Assembly (NCBI RefSeq): GCF_009914755.1
Contig: NC_060944.1
Reading direction: 5' to 3' (one strand)
Length of the DNA: 64,000 nucleotides
Source of the DNA: the human T2T-CHM13v2.0 reference genome, Homo sapiens
Shown here: one piece after another, positions 1-10,531 of the stretch
Layout: each line of letters begins with the position of its first letter
Position numbering within the stretch: position 1 is the first letter of the stretch
Program-made: the position numbers and the translations under genes
The notes under the pieces: generated by a model
What the model was told of the DNA's origin: nothing
The model's input: only the letters and a program-made list of their open reading frames with translations
The model's database searches: none

Positions 1-306
1 AGACAGCAGCATTGTCAGAAACTACTTTGTGATGTTTGCATTCAAGTCACAGAATTGAACACTCCCTTTCACAGAGCAGGTTTGAAACACTCTTTTTGTA
101 GTGTCTGTAAGTGAACATTTGGATTGCTTTCAGGCCTAAGGTGAAAAAGGAAATATCTTCCCATAAAAACTAGACAGAAGCATTCTCAGAAACTTGTTTG
201 TGATGTGTGCCCTCTACTGACAGAGTTGAACCTTTCTTTGCAAAGAGCAGTTTTGAAACACTCTTTTTGTAGAATCTGCAAGAGGATATTTGGATAGCTT
301 TGAGGA

Positions 307-323
307 TTTCTTGGGAAACGGGA
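307..323 (+). other. Degenerate CENP-B box fixed in every HOR copy (TTTCTTGGGAAACGGGA)
   Basis: Occupies the CENP-B box position of B monomer 1, but reads TTCT instead of the essential TTCG of nTTCGnnnnAnnCGGGn; same sequence in all HOR copies inspected (e.g. 3024). Confidence 0.9.
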
Positions 324-648
324 ATGTCTTCAGATAAACTCTAGACAGAAGCATTCTCAGAAACTTCTTTGGGATGTTTCAATTGAAGTCACAGTGTTGA
401 ACATTCCCTTTCACAGAGCAGGTTTGAAACACTCTTTTTGTAGTGTCTATAAGTGAACATTTGGCGTGATTTCAGGCCTAACGTGAAAAAGGAAATATCT
501 TCCCATAAAAACTAGACAGAAGCATTCTCAGAAACTTGTTCGTGATGTGTGCCCTCTACTGACAGAGTTGAACCTTTCTTTGCAAAGAGCAGCTTTGGAA
601 CACTCTTTTTGTAGAATCTGCAAGAGGATATTTGGATAGCTTTGAGGA

Positions 649-665
649 TTTCGTTGGAAACGGGT
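649..665 (+). other. CENP-B box (TTTCGTTGGAAACGGGT), B monomer 2
   Basis: Matches YTTCGTTGGAARCGGGA at all 9 essential positions; recurs once per HOR. Confidence 0.93.
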
Positions 666-989
666 AAGTCTTCAGATAAACTCTAGACAGAAGCATTCTC
701 AGAAACTTCTTTGGGATGTTGCATTCAAGTCACAGAGTAGAACATTCCCATTCATAGAGCAGATTTGAAACACTCTTTTTGTAGTATCTGGAAGTGGACA
801 TTTGGAGCGCTTTCAGGCCTATGTTGAAAAAGGAAATATCTTCCCATAAAAACTAGACGGAAGCATTCTCAGAAACTTACTTGTGATGTGTTTGCTCAAC
901 TAACAGAATTGAACCATCGTTTTGAAGGAGCAGTTTTGAAACACTGTTTTCGTGGAATCTGCAAGTGGATATTTGGCTAGTTTTGAGGA

Positions 990-1006
990 TTTCGTTGGAA
1001 ACGGGA
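990..1006 (+). other. CENP-B box (TTTCGTTGGAAACGGGA), B monomer 3
   Basis: Exact match to the canonical 17-bp CENP-B box; recurs once per HOR. Confidence 0.96.
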
Positions 1007-1326
1007 TTACATATAAAAAGGAGACAGCAGCATTCTCAGAAACTTCTTTGTGATGTCTGCATTCAAGTCACAGAGTTGAGCATTCCCTTTCATAGAGCAG
1101 GTTGGAAACACTCTTTTTGTAGTATCTGGATGAGGACATTTGGAGCGCTTTCAGGCGTATGGTGAAAAAGGAAATATCTTCCCGTAAAAACTAGACAGAA
1201 GCATTCTCAGAAATTTATTTGTGATGTGTGCCCTCAACTAACAGAGTTGAACCTTTCTTTTGATAGAGCAGTTTGAAACACTCTTTTTGTAAAATCTGCA
1301 AGAGGATATTTGGATAGCTTTGAGGA

Positions 1327-1343
1327 TTTCGTTGCAAACGGGA
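1327..1343 (+). other. CENP-B box variant (TTTCGTTGCAAACGGGA), B monomer 4
   Basis: G>C at a non-essential position with the 9 essential bases kept; mutated to TTTCA in most class B HORs. Confidence 0.85.
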
Positions 1344-1668
1344 ATGGCTTCATATAAACTCTAGACGGAAGCATTCTCAGAAACTTCGTTGGGATGTTTC
1401 GATTGAAGTCCCAGTGTTGAACATTCCCTTTTATAGAGCAGGTTGGAAACACTCTTTTTGCATTCCCTGGAGGTGGACATTTGGAGCGCTTTCAGGACGA
1501 CGGTGAAAATGGAAATATCTTCCAATAAAATCTAGATAGAAGCAATGTCAGAAACTTTTATGTGATGGATCTACTCAGCTAACAGAGTTGAAACTTTCTT
1601 TTGAGAGAGCAGTTTTGCAACACTCTTTTTGTGGAATATGCAAGTGGATATTAGGGCAGCTTTGAGGA

Positions 1669-1685
1669 TTTCGTTGGAAACGGGA
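1669..1685 (+). other. CENP-B box, B monomer 5
   Basis: Exact canonical TTTCGTTGGAAACGGGA. Confidence 0.96.
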
Positions 1686-2006
1686 ATACATGTAAAAAGC
1701 AGACAGCAGCATTCTCAGAAACTTCTTTGTGATGTTTGCATTGAAGGCACAGAGTTGAACATTCCCTTTGAGAGAGCAGGTTTGAAACACGCCTTTTGTC
1801 ATATCTGGAAGTGTCCATTCGGAGCGCATTCAGGCTTGTGTTGAAAAAGGAAATATCCTCCCATAAAAACTAGACAGAAGCATTCTCAGAAACTTATTTG
1901 TGATGTATGAACTCAACTAACACAACTAAACCATCGTTTTGAAGGAGCAGTTTTGAAACACTCTTTTTGCGGAATCTGCAACTGGATATTTGGCTAGCTT
2001 GGAGGA

Positions 2007-2023
2007 TTTCGTTGGAAACGGGA
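2007..2023 (+). other. CENP-B box, B monomer 6
   Basis: Exact canonical TTTCGTTGGAAACGGGA. Confidence 0.96.
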
Positions 2024-2173
2024 TTACATACAAAAAGCAGACAGCAGCATTCTCAGAAACTTCTTTGTGATGTTTGCATTCAAGTCACAGAGTTGAACAT
2101 TCCCTTTCATAGAGCAGGTTTGAAACACTCTTTTTGTAGTATCTGGATGTGGACATTTGGATCGCTTTCAGGC

Positions 2174-2190
2174 CTATGGTGAAAAAGGAA
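2174..2190 (+). other. pJ-alpha box (A-box) example in an A-type monomer
   Basis: CTATGGTGAAAAAGGAA matches the A-box consensus CTAYGGTGRAAAAGGAA and lies at the monomer position equivalent to the CENP-B box; variants occupy every alternate monomer. Confidence 0.8.
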
Positions 2191-2344
2191 ATATCTTCCC
2201 ATGAAAACTAGACAGAAGCATTCTCAGAAACTTATTTGTGATGTGTGCCCTCAACTGACAGTGTTGAACCTTTGTTTTGATAGAGCAGTTCTGAAACACA
2301 CTTTTTGTAAAATCTGCAAGAGGATATTTGGATAGCTTTGAGGA

Positions 2345-2361
2345 TTTCGTTGGAAACGGGA
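2345..2361 (+). other. CENP-B box, B monomer 7
   Basis: Exact canonical TTTCGTTGGAAACGGGA. Confidence 0.96.
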
Positions 2362-2685
2362 ATGTCTTCATGTAAACTCTAGACAGAAGCATTCTCAGAA
2401 ACTGCTTTGGGATGTTTCAATTGAAGTCCCAGTGTTGAACATTCCCTTTCATAGAGCAGGTTTGAAACACTCTTTTTGTAGTATCTGGAAGTGGACATTT
2501 GGAGCGCTTTCAGGTCTATGGTGAAAAAGGAGATATCTTCCAATAAAAACTAGATAGAAGCAATGTCAGAACTTTTTTCATGATGTATCTACTCAGCATA
2601 CAGAGTTGAACCTTTCTTTCGAGAGAGCAGTTTTGAAAAACTCTTTTGGGGAATATGCAAGTGGGTATTAGGCCAGCTTGGAGGA

Positions 2686-2702
2686 TTTCGTTGGAAACGG
2701 GA
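2686..2702 (+). other. CENP-B box, B monomer 8
   Basis: Exact canonical TTTCGTTGGAAACGGGA. Confidence 0.96.
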
Positions 2703-5700
2703 ATACGTATAAAAAGCAGACAGCAGCATTGTCAGAAACTACTTTGTGATGTTTGCATTCAAGTCACAGAATTGAACACTCCCTTTCACAGAGCAGGTTT
2801 GAAACACTCTTTTTGTAGTGTCGGTAAGTGAACATTTGGATTGCTTTCAGGCCTATGGTGAAAAAGGAAATATCTTCCCATAAAAACTAGACAGAAGCAT
2901 TCTCAGAAACTTGTTTGTGATGTGTGCCCTCTACTGACAGAGTTGAACCTTTCTTTGCAAAGAGTAGGTTTGAAACACTCTTTTTGTAGAATCTGCAAGA
3001 GGATATTTGGATAGCTTTGAGGATTTCTTGGGAAACGGGAATGTCTTCAGATAAACTCTAGACACAAGCATTCTCAGAAACTTCTTTGGGATGTTTCAAT
3101 TGAAGTCACAGTGTTGAACATTCCCTTTCACAGAGCAGGTTTGAAACACTCTTTTTGTAGTGTCTATAAGTGAACATTTGGCATGCTTTCAGGCCTAACG
3201 TGAAAAAGGAAATATCTTCCCATAAAAACTAGACAGAAGCATTCTCAGAAACTTGTTTGTGATGTGTGCCCTCTACTGACAGAGATGAACCTTTCTTTGC
3301 AAAGAGCAGCTTTGGAACACTCTTTTTGTAGAATCTGCAAGAGGATATTTGGATAGCTTTGAGGATTTCGTTGGAAACTGGAATGTCTTCAGATAAACTC
3401 TAGACAGAAGCATTCTCAGAAACTTCTTTGGGATGTTGCATTCAAGTCACAGAGTAGAACATTCCCATTCATAGAGCCGATTTGAAACACTCTTTTTGTA
3501 GTATCTGGAAGTGGACATTTGGAGCGTTTTCAGGCCTATGTTGAAAAGGGAAATATCTTCCCATAAAAACTAGACGGAAGCATTCTCAGAAACTTACTTG
3601 TGATGTGTTTGCTCAACTAACAGAATTGAACCATCGTTTTGAAGGAGCAGTTCTGAAACACTGTTTTCGTGGTATCTGCAAGTGGATATTTGGCTAGCTT
3701 TGAGGATTTCGTTGGAAACGGGATTACATATAAAAAGGAGACAGCAGCATTCTCAGAAACTTCTTTGTGATGTCTGCATTCAAGTCACAGAGTTGAGCAT
3801 TCCCTTTCATAGAGCAGGTTGGAAACACTCTTTTTGTAGTATCTGGATGAGGACATTTGGAGCGCTTTCAGGCCTATGGTGAAAAAGGAAATATCTTCCC
3901 GTAAAAACTAGACAGAAGCATTCTCAGAAATTTATTTGTGATGTGTGCCCTCAACTAACAGAGTTGAACCTTTCTTTTGATAGAGCAGTTTTGAAACACT
4001 CTTTTTGTAAAATCTGCAAGAGGATATTTGGATAGCTTTGAGGATTTCGTTGCAAACGGGAATGGCTTCATATAAAGTCTAGACAGAATCATTCTCAGAA
4101 ACTTCGTTGGGATGTTTCGATTGAAGTCCCAGTGTTGAACATTCCCTTTCATAGAGCAGGTTGGAAACACTCTTTCTGCATTCCCTGGAAGTGGACATTT
4201 GGAGCGCTTTCAGGACGACGGTGAAAATGGAAATATCTTCCAATAAAATCTAGATAGAAGCAATGTCAGAAACCTTTCTGTGATGGATCTACTCAGCTAA
4301 CAGAGTTGAACCTTTCTTTTGAGAGAGCAGTTTTGCAACACTCTTTTTGTGGAATATGCAAGTGGATATTAGGGCAGCTTTGAGGATTTCGTTGGAAACG
4401 GGAATACATGTAAAAAGCAGACAGCAGCATTCTCAGAAACTTCTTTGTGATGTTTGCATTGAAGTCACAGAGTTGAACATTCCCTTTGAGAGAGCAGGTT
4501 TGAAACACGCCTTTTGTCATATCTGGAAGTGTCCATTCGGAGCGCATTCAGGCTTGTGTTGAAAAAGGAAATATCCTCCCATAAAAACTAGACAGAAGCA
4601 TTCTCAGAAACTTATTTGTGATGTATGAACTCAACTAACAGAACTAAACCATCGTTTCGAAGGAGCAGTTTTGAAACACTCTTTTTGCGAAATCTGCAAC
4701 TGGATATTTGGCTAGCTTGGAGGATTTCGTTGGAAACGGGATTACATACAAAAAGCAGACAGCAGCATTCTCAGAAACTTCTTTGTGATGTTTGCATTCA
4801 AGTCACAGAGTTGAACATTCCCTTTCATAGAGCAGGTTTGAAACACACTTTTTGTAGTATCTGTATGTGGACATTTGGATCGCTTTCAGGCCTATGGTGA
4901 AAAAGGAAATATCTTCACATGAAAACTAGACAGAAGCATTCTCAGAAACTTATTTGTGATGTGTGCCCTCAACTGACAGTGTTGAACCTTTGTTTTGATA
5001 GAGCAGTTCTGAAACACACTTTTTGTAAAATCTGCAAGAGGATATTTGGATAGCTTTGAGGATTTCGTTGGAAACGGGAATGTCTTCATGTAAACTCTAG
5101 ACAGAAGCATTCTCAGAAACTGCTTTGGGATGTTTCAATTGAAGTCCCAGTGTTGAACATTCCCTTTCATATAGCAGGTTTGAAACACTCTTTTTGTAGT
5201 ATCTGGAAGTGGACATTTGGAGCGCTTTCAGGTCTACGGTGAAAAAGGAGATACCTTCCAATAAAAACTAGATAGAAGCAATGTCAGAACTTTTTTCATG
5301 AGGTATCTACTCAGCAAACAGAGTTGAACCTTTCTTTTGAGAGAGCAGTTTTGAAACACTCTTTTTGTGGAATATGCAAGTGGGTATTAGGCCAGCTTGG
5401 AGGATTTCGTTGGAAACGGGAATACGTATAAAAAGCAGACAGCAGCATTGTCAGAAACTACTTTGTGATGTTTGCATTCAAGTCACAGAATTGAACACTC
5501 CCTTTCACAGAGCAGGTTTGAAACACTCTTTTTGTAGTGTCTGTAAGTGAACATTTGGATTGCTTTCAGGCCTAAGGTGAAAAAGGAAATATCTTCCCAT
5601 AAAAACTAGACAGAAGCATTCTCAGAAACTTGTTTGTGATGTGTGCCCTCTACTGACAGAGTTGAACCTTTCTTTGCAAAGAGCAGCTTTGAAACACTCT

Positions 5701-8155
5701 TTTTGTAGAATCTGCAAGAGGATATTTGGATAGCTTTGAGGATTTCTTGGGAAACGGGAATGTCTTCAGATAAACTCTAGACAGAAGCATTCTCAGAAAC
5801 TTCTTTGGGATGTTTCAATTGAAGTCACAGTGTTGAACATTCCCTTTCACAGAGCAGGTTTGAAACACCCTTTTTGTAGTGTCTATAAGTGAACATTTGG
5901 CGTGCTTTCAGGCCTAACGTAAAAAAGGAACTATCTTCCCATAAAAACTAGACAGAAGCATTCTCAGAAACTTGTTTGTGATGTGTGCCCTCTACTGACA
6001 GAGTTGAACCTTTCTTTGCAAAGAACAGCTTTGGAACACTCTTTTTGTAGAATCTGCAAGAGGATATTTGGATAGCTTTGAGGATTTCGTTGGAAACGGG
6101 CATGTCTTCAGATAAACTCTAGACAGAAGCATTCTCAGAAACTTCTTTGGGACGTTGCATTCAAGTCACAGAGTAGAACATTCCCATTCATAGAGCAGAT
6201 TTGAAACACTCTTTTTGTAGTATCTGGAAGTGGACATTTGGAGCGCTTTCAGGCCTATGTTGAAAAAGGAAATATCTTCCCATAAAAACTAGACGGAAGC
6301 ATTCTCAGAAACATACTTGTGATGTGTTTGCTCAACTAAGAGAATTGAACCATCGTTTTGAAGGAGCAGTTTTGAAACACTGTTTTCGTGGAATCTGCAA
6401 GTGGATATTTGGCTAGCTTTGAGGATTTCGTTGGAAACGGGATTACATATAAAAAGGAGACAGCAGCATTCTCAGAAACTTCTTTGTGATGTCTGCATTC
6501 AAGTCACAGAGTTGAGCATTCCCTTTTATAGAGCAGGTTGGAAACACTCTATTTGTAGTACCTGGATGAGGACATTTGGAGCGCTTTCAGGCGTATGGTG
6601 AAAAATGAAATATCTTCCCGTAAAAACTAGACAGAAGCATTCTCAGAAATTTATTTGTGATGTGTGCCCTCAACTAACAGAGTTGAACCTTTCTTTTGAT
6701 AGAGCAGTTTTGAAACACTCTTTTTGTAAAATCTGCAAGAGGATATTTGGATAGCTTTGAGGATTTCGTTGCAAACGGGAATGGCTTCATATAAACTCTA
6801 GACGGAAGCATTCTCAGAAATTTCGTTGGGATGTTTCGATTGAAGTCCCAGTGTTGAACATTCCCTTTCATAGAGCAGGTTGGAAACACTCTTTCTGCAT
6901 TCCCTGGAAGTGGACATTTGGAGCCCTTTCTGGACGACGGTGAAAATGGAAATATCTTCCAATAAAATCTAGATAGAAGCAATGTCAGAAACTTTTCTGT
7001 GATGGATCTACTCAGCTACCAGAGTTGAACCTTTCTTTTGAGAGAGCAGTTTTGCAACACTCTTTTTGTGGAATATGCAAGTGGATATTAGGGCAGCTTT
7101 GAGGATTTCGTTGGAAACGGGAATACATGTAAAAAGCAGACAGCAGCATTCTCAGAAACTTCTTTGTGATGTTTGCATTGAAGTCACAGAGTTGAACATT
7201 CCCTTTGAGAGAGCAGGTTTGAAACACGCCTTTTGTCATATCTGGAAGTGTCCATTCGGAGCGCATTCAGGCTTGTGTTGAAAAAGGAAATATCCTCCCA
7301 TAAAAACTAGACAGAAGCATTCTCAGAAACTTATTTGTGATGTATGAACTCAACTAACAGAACTAAACCATCGTTTCGAAGGAGCAGTTTTGAAACACTC
7401 TTTTTGCGGAATCTGCAACTGGATATTTGGCTAGCTTGGAGGATTTCGTTGGAAACGTGATTACATACAAAAAGCAGACAGCAGCATTCTCAGAAACTTC
7501 TTTGTGATGTTTGCATTCAAGTCACAGAGTTGAACATTCCCTTTCATAGAGCAGGTTTGAAACACTCTTTTTGTAGTATCTGGATGTGGACATTTGGATC
7601 GCTTTCAGGCCTATGGTGAAAAAGGAAATATCTTCCCATGAAAACTAGACAGAAGCATTCTCAGAAACTTATTTGTGATGTGTGCCCTCAACTGACAGTG
7701 TTGAACCTTTGTTTTGATAGAGCAGTTCTGAAACACACTTTTTGTAAAATCTGCAAGAGGATATTTGGATAGCTTTGAGGATTTCGTTGGAAACGGGAAT
7801 GTCTTCATGTAAACTCTAGACAGAAGCATTCTCAGAAACTGCTTTGGGATGTTTCAATTGAAGTCCCAGTGTTGAACATTCCCTTTCATAGAGCAGGTTT
7901 GAAACACTCTTTTTGTACTATCTGGAAGTGGACGTTTGGAGCGCTTTCAGGTCTACGGTGAAAAAGGAGATATCTTCCAATAAAAACTAGATAGAAGCAA
8001 TGTCAGAACTTTTTTCATGATGTATCTACTCAGCAAACAGAGTTGAACCTTTCTTTCGAGAGAGCAGTTTTGAAACACTCTTTTTGTGGAATATGCAAGT
8101 GGGTATTAGGCCAGCTTGGAGGATTTCGTTGGAAACGGGAATACGTATAAAAAGC

Positions 8156-10531
8156 AGACAGCAGCATTGTCAGAAACTACTTTGTGATGTTTGCATTCAA
8201 GTCACAGAATTGAACACTCCCTTTCACAGAGCAGGTTTGAAACACTCTTTTTGTAGTGTCTGTAAGTGAACATTTGGATTGCTTTCAGGCCTAAGGTGAA
8301 AAAGGAAATATCTTCCCATAAAAACTAGACAGAAGCATTCTCAGAAACTTGTTTGTGATGTGTGCCCTCTACTGACAGAGTTGAACCTTTCTTTGCAAAG
8401 AGCAGGTTTGAAACACTCTTTTTGTAGAATCTGCAAGAGGATATTTGGATAGCTTTGAGGATTTCTTGGGAAACGGGAATGTCTTCAGATAAACTCTAGA
8501 CAGAAGCATTCTCAGAAACTTCTTTGGGATGTTTCAATTGAAGTCACAGTGTTGAACATTCCCTTTCACAGAGCAGGTTTGAAACACTCTTTTTGTAGTG
8601 TCTATAAGTGAACATTTGGCGTGCTTTCAGGCCTAACGTGAAAAAGGAACTATCTTCCCATAAAAACTAGACAGAAGCATTCTCAGAAACTTGTTTGTGA
8701 TGTGTGCCCTCTACTGACAGAGTTGAACCTTTCTTTGCAAAGAGCAGCTTTGGAACACTCTTTTTGTAGAATCTGCAAGAGGATATTTGGATAGCTTTGA
8801 GGATTTCGTTGGAAACGGGCATGTCTTCAGATAAACTCTAGACAGAAGCATTCTCAGAAACTTCTTTGGGATGTTGAATTCAAGTCACAGAGTAGAACAT
8901 TCCCATTCATAGAGCAGATTTGAAGCACTCTTTTTGTAGTATCTGGAAGTGGACATTTGGAGCGCTTTCAGGCCTATGTTGAAAAAGGAAATATCTTCCC
9001 ATAAAAACTAGACGGAAGCATTCTCAGAAACTTACTTGTGATGTGTTTGCTCAACTAACAGAATTGAACCATCGTTTTGAAGGAGCAGTTTTGAAACACT
9101 GTTTTCGTGGAATCTGCATGTGGATATTTGGCTAGCTTTGAGGATTTCGTTGGAAACGAGATTATATATAAAAAGGAGACAGCAGCATTCTCAGAAACTT
9201 CTTTGTGATGTCTGCATTCAAGTCACAGAGTTGAGCATTCCCTTTCATAGAGCAGGTTGGAAACACTCTTTTTGTAGTATCTGGATGAGGACATTTGGAG
9301 CGCTTTCAGGCGTATGGTGAAAAAGGAAATATCTTCCCGTAAAAACTAGACAGAAGCATTCTCAGAAATTTATTTGTGATGTGTGCCCTCAACTAACAGA
9401 GTTGAACCTTTCTTTTGATAGAGCAGTTTTGAAACACTCTTTTTGTAAAATCTGCAAGAGGATATTTGGATAGCTTTGAGGTTTTCGTTGCAAACGGGAA
9501 TGGCTTCATATAAAGTCTAGACAGAAGCATTCTCAGAAACTTCGTTGGGATGTTTCGATTGAAGTCCCAGTGTTGAACATTCCCTTTTATAGCGCAGGTT
9601 GGAAACACTCTTTTTGCATTCCCTGGAAGTGGACATTTGGAGCGCTTTCAGGACGACGGTGAAAATGGAAATATCTTCCAATAAAATCTAGATAGAAGCA
9701 ATGTCAGAAACTTTTCTGTGATGGATCTACTCAGCTAACAGAGTTGAACCTTTCTTTTGAGAGAGCAGTTTTGCAACACTCTTTTTGTGGAATATGCAAG
9801 TGGATATTAGGGCAGCTTTGAGGATTTCGTTGGAAAAGGGAATACATGTAAAAAGCAGACAGCAGCATTCTCAGAAACTTCATGTGATGTTTGCATTGAA
9901 GTCACAGAGTTGAACATTCCCTTTGAGATGGCAGGGTTGAAACACGCATTTTGTCATATCTGGAAGTGCCCATTCGGAGCGCATTCAGGCTTGGGTTGAA
10001 AAAGGAAATATCCTCCCATAAAAACTAGACAGAAGCATTCTCAGAAACTTATTTGTGATGTATGTACTCAACTAACAGAACTAAACCATCGTTTTGAAGG
10101 AGCAGTTTTGAAACACTCTTTTTGCGGAATCTGCAACTGGATATTTGGCTAGCTGGGAGGATTTCGTTGGAAACGGGATTACATACAAAAAGCAGACAGC
10201 AGCATTCTCAGAAACTTCTTTGTGATGTTTGCATTCAAGTCACAGAGTTGAACATTCCCTTTCATAGAGCAGGTTTGAAACACTCTTTTTGTAGTATCTG
10301 GATGTGGACATTTGGATCGCTTTCAGGCCTATGGTGAAAAAGGCAATATCTTCCAATAAAAACTAGATAGAAGCAATGTCAGAACTTTTTTCATGATGTA
10401 TCTACTCAGCAAACAGAGTTGAACCTTTCTTTTGAGAGAGCAGTTTTGAAACACTCTTTTTGTGGAATATGCAAGTGGGTATTAGGCCAGCTTGGAGGAT
10501 TTCGTTGGAAACGGGAATACGTATAAAAAGC
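8156..10531 (+). repeat. 14-mer HOR structural variant (2376 bp), copy 1
   Basis: Marker spacing is 2376 instead of 2719: one dimer (342 bp) missing with the junction at about 10345-10355, plus a 1-bp deletion near 9882. Confidence 0.95.

Larger units (their letters stand above)
1..2717 (+). repeat. First complete 16-mer HOR copy (class A; 2717 bp because of two 1-bp deletions)
   Basis: Eight A/B dimers; 1-bp deletions near 1272 (GCAGTTTGAAAC) and near 2645 (CTCTTTTGGGG) relative to the 2719-bp consensus. Confidence 0.93.

Noticed and set aside
1384-1400. Apparent extra CENP-B box, CTTCGTTGGGATGTTTC, in an A monomer
   Set aside because: Only the left half matches; the essential A and CGGG are missing and it is not at the box position.
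1-2717. Assignment to D17Z1, which is also a ~2.7-kb 16-mer
   Set aside because: D17Z1 has a pentameric SF3 organisation, whereas this array alternates A and B monomers strictly with a box position every ~340 bp.
6674-6982. Longest ORFs (102 aa; also 11768-12076 and 41673-41981)
   Set aside because: Lengthened only by one A>T SNP (TTCAGGAC>TTCTGGAC) that removes a minus-strand stop; useful as a haplotype marker but not a gene.
8876-8881. EcoRI site (also at 43875) inside a class A block
   Set aside because: Independent single SNP (TTGCATTC>TTGAATTC) in a different monomer; not the class B marker.
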